From an uncultured Gemmatimonadales bacterium (GTDB lineage Bacteria > Gemmatimonadota > Gemmatimonadetes > Gemmatimonadales > Gemmatimonadaceae), in assembly GCA_963707505.1 (NCBI GenBank), contig CAVPQB010000003.1, forward strand, positions 544,001 through 608,000: DNA of 64,000 bases, written 5' to 3'. This document shows positions 1 to 8,355 of the stretch, in pieces (the first letter of the stretch is position 1; each line of letters begins with the position of its first letter). The translations under genes and the position numbers were made by a program. The notes beneath the pieces were generated by a model. The model was not told where the DNA came from. It ran no database searches and was given only the letters and a program-made list of their open reading frames with translations.

Positions 1-294
1 GATGACGCCTATCAAGCGTCCGATCGCGTAACCGATGACGAACGCGTAAACGAAGCCGAACAACGCACCATGCCAGGTGACGCTGTAGCCAGGCAGGAAG
101 ATTGCCAGCAGTGCGAGATGCGGCCCAACGACGGGACCGCCCTTGATCACGAGGAACAACGTTGCGATAGAGAGGCCGAGGGCGAAAACCAGCCCCATTG
201 CAACACCCCATGCGCGCCCGTTGATGCGAGCGAGTGTCCTGCGAAGTTCGTCGTCTGCTCTCGTCACGCGGTCTGCTCCGCCGGATGCTGTCAT
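1..294 (-). CDS. small multi-pass membrane protein, paralog of 291-752 (runs off the window edge)
   Basis: Not in ORF track. Read manually as MTASGGADRVTRADDELRRTLARINGRAWGVAMGLVFALGLSIATLFLVIKGGPVVGPHLALLAIFLPGYSVTWHGAFVGFVYAFVIGYAIGRLIGVI...; ATGA overlap with the upstream stop at 291-294. Confidence 0.8.
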   Translation of the reverse strand, partial: MTASGGADRVTRADDELRRTLARINGRAWGVAMGLVFALGLSIATLFLVIKGGPVVGPHLALLAIFLPGYSVTWHGALFGFVYAFVIGYAIGRLIGVI

Positions 295-752
295 ACGTAA
301 TCCAACAAGTCTTTCGTCGCGAGCCAATCCGCCCGCGCACGAAAATAAAGTATCCATATCGCCAGCACGACGTTGCGCGCGAATGCGAGAAACCAGCCCG
401 CAACGAAGCCGACGGCAAAGCCCCACGCGAATCCGATGAGGACGCCGGCGATTGACACACTGTATCCGTAGAAATACTGCGCAAGCAGACCCAGACCAGC
501 TGTTTGCTGTGGATCTACCACGAGATCGACGAGCGTGACAAGTGCGAAGATGAACGCAAACACGACGCCACTCGCGAGCCCCAGTGCCGCCTTGTGCAAC
601 GGCGCGAATGCGAGGACGATCGTTTTGTTGGCACGCTGTTCGCCCGTTACCGAGAAAGGTCCGCCATGACCCTCAGGATCAGGGAGGCTCGCCTCCGTCA
701 GGCTGAGCTCACGGTTATCGGGATGCCCATTTCGCATAATCACTGGCCTCAT
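291..752 (-). CDS. small multi-pass membrane protein (GYSVS...G..WGF..GF..GW motif)
   Basis: C-terminal part of ORF 291..1328. ATG at 752 overlaps the GT2 stop (ATGA). About 3 hydrophobic segments. Confidence 0.8.
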   Translation of the reverse strand: MRPVIMRNGHPDNRELSLTEASLPDPEGHGGPFSVTGEQRANKTIVLAFAPLHKAALGLASGVVFAFIFALVTLVDLVVDPQQTAGLGLLAQYFYGYSVSIAGVLIGFAWGFAVGFVAGWFLAFARNVVLAIWILYFRARADWLATKDLLDYV

Positions 753-1792
753 TGTAGAGCGCCGCGAAGCGACGGAGCGGAGGCCCGGCGCCACCCGGTA
801 ATATGTACAAACATCGCCCAGACCGCTCCAGTTCCGCTGACAATATAGAAGGCCAACCGTAAAGGTATCACGGCAAGCGCGAATGAGATTCCCCTTCGCT
901 CGGCGAACCATCGGAGCAGTGCCAGGTTTCCCAATATCACACACACGATGCAGGCCAGCGACAGTAACAACCAGCGCGGGTCGACGAGGATGGCGGCAAG
1001 TGCGAGCCCTGCCAGCGCCAGGCCGACCAGTGCGGTCAGGAGCTTCTCCGTGTGCCGTACGTTGAGCGTTCCCGGGCGCCGCGAGTTGCCACGCTCGAGC
1101 AGCAACAGCATCCATGGGACTGCGCGGTCCCTGAAATCCGTGGCAAGCATGCGCTGAAGCGTCCAGTGCTTGAGGTGCGTACCCTGAATTTCCGGGCGGA
1201 GCAGGATCCTGTCGCCATTGGCCACCAGTCTGTAGCCAAGCTCGATGTCCTCGATCTGCGGGCGCGGAAATCTCTGCTCGTCGAACATGCCGGCGGCGAC
1301 GAATGCGGATCGGCGCACCGCACCGCATCCAGCCCAGAACGTTTCCGCGTCGCCGTGATTGGTAAGATGAACGTAATGGTGCAGCAGATTGCGATACTGA
1401 GACACCAGCCCCGCCGCGCGCGGCTCGGCGTCGTATGCACCAAACACCGCGGCGATACGCTCATCGGTACCAAATGCATTGACGAACTGAATCAGTACGT
1501 CGGGCCGCACGCAGACATCTGCGTCGATGAATACGAGGAACACACCGTGCGCGACCTCCGCGCCGCGGTTTCTGGCGGCCGCAGGTCCGAGTGGTCCGCC
1601 TGGAAGACGCAACACACGATCTGCGAAAGCAGCAGCGGTCGCCGCCGTTTCGTCGGTACTGCCATCGTCCACCACTATCAGTTCCCACTGCTCGCGCGGC
1701 AGTGTACTCGCCATGAGGGCGGACAACGACTCACGCAGCATGCCTGCGCAATCGCGCGCTGGGACGATCACAGAGCAAATCAACGAGCTCAC
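749..1792 (-). CDS. GT2 family glycosyltransferase with C-terminal TM helices
   Basis: SVIVPARD, VVDDGSTD, ARNRG, FIDAD and IEDIELG motifs. GTG start overlaps the upstream stop (GTGA). Confidence 0.92.
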   Translation of the reverse strand: MSSLICSVIVPARDCAGMLRESLSALMASTLPREQWELIVVDDGSTDETAATAAAFADRVLRLPGGPLGPAAARNRGAEVAHGVFLVFIDADVCVRPDVLIQFVNAFGTDERIAAVFGAYDAEPRAAGLVSQYRNLLHHYVHLTNHGDAETFWAGCGAVRRSAFVAAGMFDEQRFPRPQIEDIELGYRLVANGDRILLRPEIQGTHLKHWTLQRMLATDFRDRAVPWMLLLLERGNSRRPGTLNVRHTEKLLTALVGLALAGLALAAILVDPRWLLLSLACIVCVILGNLALLRWFAERRGISFALAVIPLRLAFYIVSGTGAVWAMFVHITGWRRASAPSLRGALQ

Positions 1793-2551
1793 GCGACCTT
1801 CCCCGCACTTTGCATCGTCTCCCGAATACGGCTTCGCAAGCGACGTGCGAGCGCGCGCCGACGGACGAACCGGCTGAACGCCGGTGATCCCCACGACTCG
1901 AGACTCCCCGGCTTCCTGAGATAGTAAGCGTCCAGACGAGGGAGCTGCACCGGATCCTCGCTGGCCGAAAGCACGCGCAGATCCGTGGTGCAAGCGTAGG
2001 CATAGTGGGCCCGGACGCACTGGGCCGCGGCGGGAGTCACATCACCGAACGGATACGCAAATGTTGCGGGGCGCATTCCGACGTGCCGGTAAATATCCTC
2101 GGAGGAGCCTGCAATCTCGTCCGTCATCCGTGCAGTGCCAATGGCGCCGAGTCGCGGATGCGAGCGTGTGTGAGCACCGATCGCCACGCCGTCACGAGCA
2201 AGTGCGCCGATCGCGTCCCAATCGAGCAGATCCAGTGTCGGAATGTGCGGATGTGTTACGCCACCCCACGCGTTGGTGCCGCCGGCACAGCCGGATACAA
2301 CGAAGAGCGTCGATGGGAGATCGTGTTCCGCGAGCAACGGGGCTGCGCACAGACGCAAAGTTGAGAAATGCGTCGTCGAATGTAATCGCAACCGCGTCGC
2401 CGTCGGCAGCGTCGTCCGGTAGTCGCTCGAGCGGCACCACACGCACGCGGCCAGACGCAAGCCACCGAACATGGCGCGCGAACGTCTCCGGATCGAGCGA
2501 GATCGGCGATCCGCTGCGATCCAACGAGTGATACATGATCACCGCCTTCAC
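1789..2551 (-). CDS. polysaccharide deacetylase (CE4/NodB), one +1 frameshift near 2349
   Basis: N-half VIMYHS...AITFDDAF lies in ORF 2192..2923; C-half GAHTRSHP...FAYPFG lies in ORF 1789..2472. Span is 763 nt (3n+1). Confidence 0.88.
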
Positions 2552-3723
2552 GCCGCCGCCTCTCGCAATGCAGACAGCGTGACGTCGGCCGCGGAATCCC
2601 AGCTGAGACGAGCTGCACACTCTCTCGCATGGGTGCCACGCGTAACGCGATCGTTCTCGTCTGTCATCAACGCGATCATGGCCCGTGCGGTAGCCTGTTC
2701 GTCGCGCGGCTTCACGAAATAGCCACCATCTTTCAGTAATTCCGGAAGCGGGCTCGCAGTCGTTGCGATTACCGGCGTTCCACATGCGGCAGCTTCGATC
2801 GCGGGGAGGCCAAACCCTTCGCTCTCGGACGGCAGCAGCAACGCGATCGCGCCCGACAAAAGGTGACGCAGCTCGTCGTCCGGGATGAAGCCAGTCCATT
2901 CGACGAGTTCTGTCGTGCCACACTGACGAATGGCGTCGACGATGCGCGAGCCTGCACCATGAAAAACGTCCGAGTCGCGCGTGCCGACAAGCAGGAGACG
3001 CGGCGGATGATCGGCGCCGCGAATTGCGGCGGCGTGCGCTTTCACGATCACATCAACATGCTTGTGAGGATTGAATCCGCCGACGTAGACAAACCAGCGC
3101 TCGCCCTCGCGTACGCCGTACTTTCGCGCCACCGCGTCGATATCTGCGGCACACTCGCTGGGCGTGTAAACGGAGGACGGCGCCTCGGTTGCGACTCTGA
3201 TACGGTCGCGAGAAAGTCCATGTACAGCGACGATCTCGCTCGCGGCGAACTCGGACACGGTAAGCACCAGTTTCGCCTGGATCAGCGCCAGCCGGGTCTT
3301 GAGATTCCAGAACAGGCGAGCGCGGCGCGATGGAAGAGTCATCTCGGGGAAACGCTCGGCGATTGCGTCGTGCAGAGTGACCACCGCTGCGAGACGCGGC
3401 GGAAGCGGAAAATAGGTGTAGACAGATGGCGAGAAAAAAACGTCCAGCTTCGCGCGCCACACCGCACGCGTGAAACGCAGCATGTCGCCGGGAGATCGCG
3501 AGCTGTCCGCGGCGGCGGCGATCGTTGGTGAGACGCGTTGCGGTACGAGTGCAAGACGTGCATTCGCTGTCGTACCGGTCCATGCAGCCGCGGCGCGATC
3601 ATCCACGAACAGCACGAACTCGTCTGCTGGTGACCGGGCAGCCATTGCGGCGATCAGCTCCCGCGCAAATCTGCCGTAGCCGCGTCCGTTGGCGATACAC
3701 GTCGCGTCCACACCTATCCTCAC
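2548..3723 (-). CDS. GT4 family glycosyltransferase
   Basis: GYGRF, TLHD, VGGFNPHK and PSESEGFGLPAIEAAACGTPVI motifs. Confidence 0.93.
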   Translation of the reverse strand: MRIGVDATCIANGRGYGRFARELIAAMAARSPADEFVLFVDDRAAAAWTGTTANARLALVPQRVSPTIAAAADSSRSPGDMLRFTRAVWRAKLDVFFSPSVYTYFPLPPRLAAVVTLHDAIAERFPEMTLPSRRARLFWNLKTRLALIQAKLVLTVSEFAASEIVAVHGLSRDRIRVATEAPSSVYTPSECAADIDAVARKYGVREGERWFVYVGGFNPHKHVDVIVKAHAAAIRGADHPPRLLLVGTRDSDVFHGAGSRIVDAIRQCGTTELVEWTGFIPDDELRHLLSGAIALLLPSESEGFGLPAIEAAACGTPVIATTASPLPELLKDGGYFVKPRDEQATARAMIALMTDENDRVTRGTHARECAARLSWDSAADVTLSALREAAA

Positions 3724-5267
3724 GCGCTGGCAGGCAGCTTGTCTCCGTCGCGACTATCGCTCAATTCGGAGCTGGCTATCTCGAGCTTCTGTTCCTCGTG
3801 ATAATCGAGATCGGTATTCACGGACCATACGTCGTGATTCGCACCGTACATGTTTGCAACGGTGAGCATCGCGGTGTACATCGAATGATCCTGGTTGTTG
3901 TACTTGTGCATGCCGTTGCGTCCCACCATGTGAAGGTTGGAAATCGCATCGGTAAATTCGCGTACTGCGTCGAGGTGGGTGCGATACGCTGAATTGTAAA
4001 TCGGATACGCCTTTGGCACGCGCACGACGGTGCCGTCGACTACGGTTGACGCCCTGGCAAGGCCCAGCTGCTCGAGCTCTTTGGTTGCGAGCGCGATGAG
4101 ATCCTCATCGCTGCTGTTCCAGAGCCCGTCGCCCTTGAAGCAGAAATATTCGAATCCGAGGCACGTGCGTCCCGGCTCGGGAACCATGTCGCGGCTCCAG
4201 TTGTTGAAATTCTGGATGCGACCGACTTTAACGCCGGGTGTGTGGATGTATATCCAGTTATCCGGGAAGACATTCTCCCCTTTCAGTATCAACGCCACGA
4301 CCAGAAAATCGCGATATGCCAGTCCTTCCGCCCCTTCGCGGGCTGAAGCCGGTGCCGCGTCGCCCATGGATCGCACAAGCGAGCGCACAGGCAGTGTCGA
4401 GATGAAATGTCTGCCAGCGATTCTGATCTCGCCGCCGGGTGTCTGAACACGTGCAGCGGTAACGCGACCGTTGCTGTATTCCAACCCGCTCACATGATGG
4501 CGCATGAGCACCTTGCCGCCCATCTCTCGGATGCGGTCGCGACACGCTTCCCACATCTGACCGGGGCCGAGCCGTGGGTACTTGAACGTATGAATGAGAG
4601 TCTTTATCGAGGCCGACCTGCGATTGAGCGACGTCGCGGATAGCACGGCCGCTGCAAGCGACAAGCCCTGAATGCGCTGCGCGGCCCATTCCGCACGAAT
4701 CTCGGTGCACGGGATTCCCCAGACTTTTTCCGTGTACGTCTTGAAGAAGAGCTCGTACAGCCGGCGTCCGAATCGATTACAGACCCATTCCTCGAACGTA
4801 TCCTCTACGGGATATGGATGCAGCCTGGCGTCGACGTAACTGGCGACGATGCGTACCGCATTCACGATGCCGAGTCCGCTGAGCGCATTGCGTGCCTGCA
4901 GCGGATAGTTGAAGTACTTGCCGCCGTAGTGGATTCGCGACAGTCTCGGGACATCGATGAACTGGTCGCCGAGCAACTCCTCCCAGAGCTCCTGGACCGG
5001 AGTGATCTTCGTGAAGAACCGATGGCCACCGATGTCGAAGCGGTATCCCTTGTACTGCGCAGTCTGGGAGATTCCGCCTACCGTGTCGCTGGATTCAAGG
5101 ACAGTTACGGACACACCGCGTTTGGCGAGCAGGTACGCAGCCGTAAGGCCGGCTGGCCCCGCACCGCAAACGATGACGTTGTCACCTGCCCGCAAGCGGT
5201 CAACACGGCGCGCGCGGGACGTTCGCTCGTCTCCTTCCATCAGTTCCATAACTGGTGCGGTGGTCAA
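3720..5267 (-). CDS. FAD-dependent oxidoreductase, UDP-galactopyranose-mutase/HemY-like
   Basis: GAGPAGL FAD motif, FDIGGHRFF and GRNGMHKYNNQDHS. The start may instead be ATG at 5249. Confidence 0.85.
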   Translation of the reverse strand: MTTAPVMELMEGDERTSRARRVDRLRAGDNVIVCGAGPAGLTAAYLLAKRGVSVTVLESSDTVGGISQTAQYKGYRFDIGGHRFFTKITPVQELWEELLGDQFIDVPRLSRIHYGGKYFNYPLQARNALSGLGIVNAVRIVASYVDARLHPYPVEDTFEEWVCNRFGRRLYELFFKTYTEKVWGIPCTEIRAEWAAQRIQGLSLAAAVLSATSLNRRSASIKTLIHTFKYPRLGPGQMWEACRDRIREMGGKVLMRHHVSGLEYSNGRVTAARVQTPGGEIRIAGRHFISTLPVRSLVRSMGDAAPASAREGAEGLAYRDFLVVALILKGENVFPDNWIYIHTPGVKVGRIQNFNNWSRDMVPEPGRTCLGFEYFCFKGDGLWNSSDEDLIALATKELEQLGLARASTVVDGTVVRVPKAYPIYNSAYRTHLDAVREFTDAISNLHMVGRNGMHKYNNQDHSMYTAMLTVANMYGANHDVWSVNTDLDYHEEQKLEIASSELSDSRDGDKLPASA

Positions 5268-5526
5268 TGCACACGACCGGCAAGCGTGAACATCGCGGAA
5301 AGGTGCGCTACCCGAAGGTGTCCGTGGCGCGGATATCCCGCACCAACCGTACCGCCGAGGCGCTTTCTATCTTCAGCGAGTCAGATTGGCGTAAGTGCTT
5401 GGCATACAATACTAACCATCTGTTTACATCATGGTAAGCGCATCGATGGACGTACCTGACGGAATCAAACTGCTGCGCGGGCACCACATTCTGCCATGCG
5501 GCGCTACAAACTGGATGGCAGGCAAG

Positions 5527-6642
5527 CTAGGTCGGAATTACGCCCATCTGGAGACTTCCGAGATCGCGAACCGCGTCGCTGTCGAGTGCGATACGCTGGC
5601 CGGAATCCGCGGAAAGATAGGTAGCGGCGATCACCTCGAGGACATCGACGCCCGCCTGCCCGTCGGCTGGGAGATCGCCACCATCGCGGAACGCCAGAAG
5701 CGACCGCCGTATCAGTTGCCGGGTTGCCAGCATCGCTGGATCCTTGGGATTGCGCGCCAACATCGTGCGCACATGGCCGACTTCGCGCCAGGCCAGCCCG
5801 GACACGCCGTACTCCAGCCGCACATGCGGTCTGGTGCTTCGATGGAGGCCGGCCGAAACACGGGCGCGGCCACCGAACGAGGCGCGCAGGGATGAATCCC
5901 GAGTCTCCGCCCTCAGCTCAAAGTACTGCGTTTCTCCCTTGCACAGCCGGTCCTGAACTATCTGCGCCAACCGGCCGCGACTGAACTCGAGCGTGACAAG
6001 GGCGACCGCATCCGAATCGCTATCACGGACTCCACAGGTGGACGTCGATGCCGAAACGGAGACGGGACGCTCGCCGAACAGCGCCATCAGGAAATCCACA
6101 AGATGGATGCCAGCTTCGTACAGCGTACGTTGCAACATCTGGCCGCGCCATCCCGGCTCGGCCCACGGCGGCAGGTCCATCAACTGCCACGCCTGCGCGA
6201 ACACCACGCCTCCGGGCGCAGCATCCGCGGCATCGCGAACCGCGCGAAATATGTCCATTTCACGAAACTCATGATTCAGTGCGACGCGCTTTCCGGTTGC
6301 GGCCGACGCGGCGAGTATACTGTTCGCTTCGTCGATACTGGAGGCGAATGGCTTTTCGCAGATCACGTGGGCACCAGACTCGAGCGCAAGTATGCAGTGA
6401 TCGACGTGGCTCGCTGGTGGCGTACCGACGATGACCACATCGGGGCTCGTCTGCGAAATCACATCTTCGATCGACTGGAAGACCGGCACTTTCCAACTCG
6501 ATGCGGCGCGGTCTCGGCGCGCCGCATCGACATCGCACGCACCGACGACTGTCGCGATGTCCGGCAAGCCAGCGAGCGCCGGCAGGTGAAGCGTGTGTCC
6601 AGCGTTACCCAGCCCAATGACTGCGACTTTGAGTGGAGGCAT
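5527..6642 (-). CDS. Gfo/Idh/MocA family NAD(P)-dependent oxidoreductase
   Basis: KVAVIGLGNAG, HVICEKP and EAGIHLVD motifs. ATG at 6642 follows GGAGA. Confidence 0.9.
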   Translation of the reverse strand: MPPLKVAVIGLGNAGHTLHLPALAGLPDIATVVGACDVDAARRDRAASSWKVPVFQSIEDVISQTSPDVVIVGTPPASHVDHCILALESGAHVICEKPFASSIDEANSILAASAATGKRVALNHEFREMDIFRAVRDAADAAPGGVVFAQAWQLMDLPPWAEPGWRGQMLQRTLYEAGIHLVDFLMALFGERPVSVSASTSTCGVRDSDSDAVALVTLEFSRGRLAQIVQDRLCKGETQYFELRAETRDSSLRASFGGRARVSAGLHRSTRPHVRLEYGVSGLAWREVGHVRTMLARNPKDPAMLATRQLIRRSLLAFRDGGDLPADGQAGVDVLEVIAATYLSADSGQRIALDSDAVRDLGSLQMGVIPT

Positions 6643-6733
6643 TCGTTCTCCGTGTTGATGCGGTGTGTACGCGTGCCAAGGTGAACATTCCCGGGCAGCA
6701 CATCCGCGGCGTGCGGCAAGCCGTGGGAATCTA

Positions 6734-7492
6734 TCAGGCGCGGCACAATCCGACGATGCTGCGACCCAACGGCAGACGCCAACCAGCCAGAACGGCACGC
6801 CCTTCGAGGTTGAGCCACGCGCGCTTGAGTGAGTCTGCGCGACCGGGGGCACTGGGCTGTGGCGCAAGGATCCCGGCGTCGCTGCGTCGCCGTGCCCGTA
6901 ACTCGCGCGGGATTTCGGCAAGGCCCAGCACAGCATTGACACGACCCATGCGCACAATCTCAAAGCCGGCAGCAACCAGCTTCTGACGCAGATCGGGCGG
7001 GTCGTACTTGCGGTAGCTCGACGTCATGTCGTCAGCTTTTCGGGGGAAGCTCTGTGCATTCGTGCGAAACAGAAGATAGCCGCCGGGTTTTAACACTCGC
7101 AGCATTTCGCGTAATGCCGCGCTATCTCCGCCGTCCACAGGCAGATGATGCAGGACGTCGAGCGTGATGATCAGATCGGTGCTGGCCCGCGCGAGTGGAA
7201 TGTTCGTCGCCGATGCGAGGACCAGGTCGATGTGCTCACCTCGCGCATCGGACAAGGCATCCTGGCTTATATCGAGTCCAACGGTAGTCCAGCCTGGGTG
7301 TGTCTGCTGCACCCATGCCAGCGTCTGACCGGAGCCGCACCCCACGTCGAGTACTGTGCAATTGTCGCCGAGCGCGGCCAGTTCGAGCAGGCGCGCAGCG
7401 ACGTCGCGCATGCCGGCATTCCACCACGATTGCGCCTCGAGAGCGCGCATTCGCGCGAAATATTCGGGCGTGCGCGGCTGCGGAGATCCCAT
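6734..7492 (-). CDS. class I SAM-dependent methyltransferase
   Basis: VLDVGCGSG, DVLHH and RVLKPGG motifs. Confidence 0.9.
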   Translation of the reverse strand: MGSPQPRTPEYFARMRALEAQSWWNAGMRDVAARLLELAALGDNCTVLDVGCGSGQTLAWVQQTHPGWTTVGLDISQDALSDARGEHIDLVLASATNIPLARASTDLIITLDVLHHLPVDGGDSAALREMLRVLKPGGYLLFRTNAQSFPRKADDMTSSYRKYDPPDLRQKLVAAGFEIVRMGRVNAVLGLAEIPRELRARRRSDAGILAPQPSAPGRADSLKRAWLNLEGRAVLAGWRLPLGRSIVGLCRA

Positions 7493-7500
7493 CTGGAGTT

Positions 7501-8184
7501 CTATCGGTTCGATGAGAATTTGTACAGCACTCGCTCAGCGGCTTGCAGGACTCGTACGGCGATCGGAAAACTACGCGGCTGTACGGTTCTGACCTTCACT
7601 GTTCGAACGCCGAGACTGTTCGCGGGAGCAACATCGGTAAGATACTGATCGCCGACCATTACGGCGTGGGTTGGCGAGCTGCATCCGAGCTCGGCGAGTG
7701 CAGCGCGCACCAGCGACACGTTGGGCTTGCGCAGCGCCGGCGCCGCTGGTTGGTGTATGACGCCATCGTCGCTGGCGCACGAGTCGCTGGATCCTATCCG
7801 GCGGCGAACGATCAATCCGTCGGGGCTGTCGTAAACACGAATCAGGGGAATTCCTGGAAATATCGCGGACAGTTCGATGAATCGACGTTCGTCGGAATTC
7901 GACAGAATCACGTGGCGCAACTCGGGCACAGCGAGGAGGCGTGCAAAAGCCGGCTCGAGATCCGGGGCGACGGCGGCGCCGTGTCGCGCCATCAGAGTGC
8001 CGTCGACGTCCCAGATAATACCGGTGATCACCGCACTGGCGCCCAGAGTGCGTATCGTCACCGGGTCCAGGTCAGCTACGCTGGCGAGGTGGATGGTGGG
8101 ACGCATATGTCGGACGAGCGTCCCCAGCCGCGGAACGCCCTGCACGACCGTCGAGAACCAGTCGCCCCGCCGCAAAATTTGCAT
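7501..8184 (-). CDS. HAD-superfamily phosphatase, YqeG/Gep4-like (subfamily IIIA)
   Basis: WDVDGTL, LSNS, RKP and MVGDQYLTDV motifs. Confidence 0.88.
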   Translation of the reverse strand: MQILRRGDWFSTVVQGVPRLGTLVRHMRPTIHLASVADLDPVTIRTLGASAVITGIIWDVDGTLMARHGAAVAPDLEPAFARLLAVPELRHVILSNSDERRFIELSAIFPGIPLIRVYDSPDGLIVRRRIGSSDSCASDDGVIHQPAAPALRKPNVSLVRAALAELGCSSPTHAVMVGDQYLTDVAPANSLGVRTVKVRTVQPRSFPIAVRVLQAAERVLYKFSSNR

Positions 8185-8355
8185 TCAGAAATGTCGTTCC
8201 GAGGCGAGTTGCCGGCCAGTCGTCGATGTGTCCCGGCAAATCCGCCCGTACGGGCTGCGGGGTCGATCGGTGATCGGGCCTGGTGTCCGCCGCACGACGG
8301 GCCGGCAGGACTTTCCCCTTGCCCGTGTGGTTTGCGCGCCCGTATACTCTCCGCG

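Noticed and set aside
753..1328. N-terminal extension of ORF 291..1328
   Set aside because: Out-of-frame shadow of the GT2 gene; only 291-752 looks coding.
7543..8355. N-terminal 270 aa of the 985-aa ORF
   Set aside because: Antisense to the well-supported HAD gene; the real protein most likely starts near 8356.
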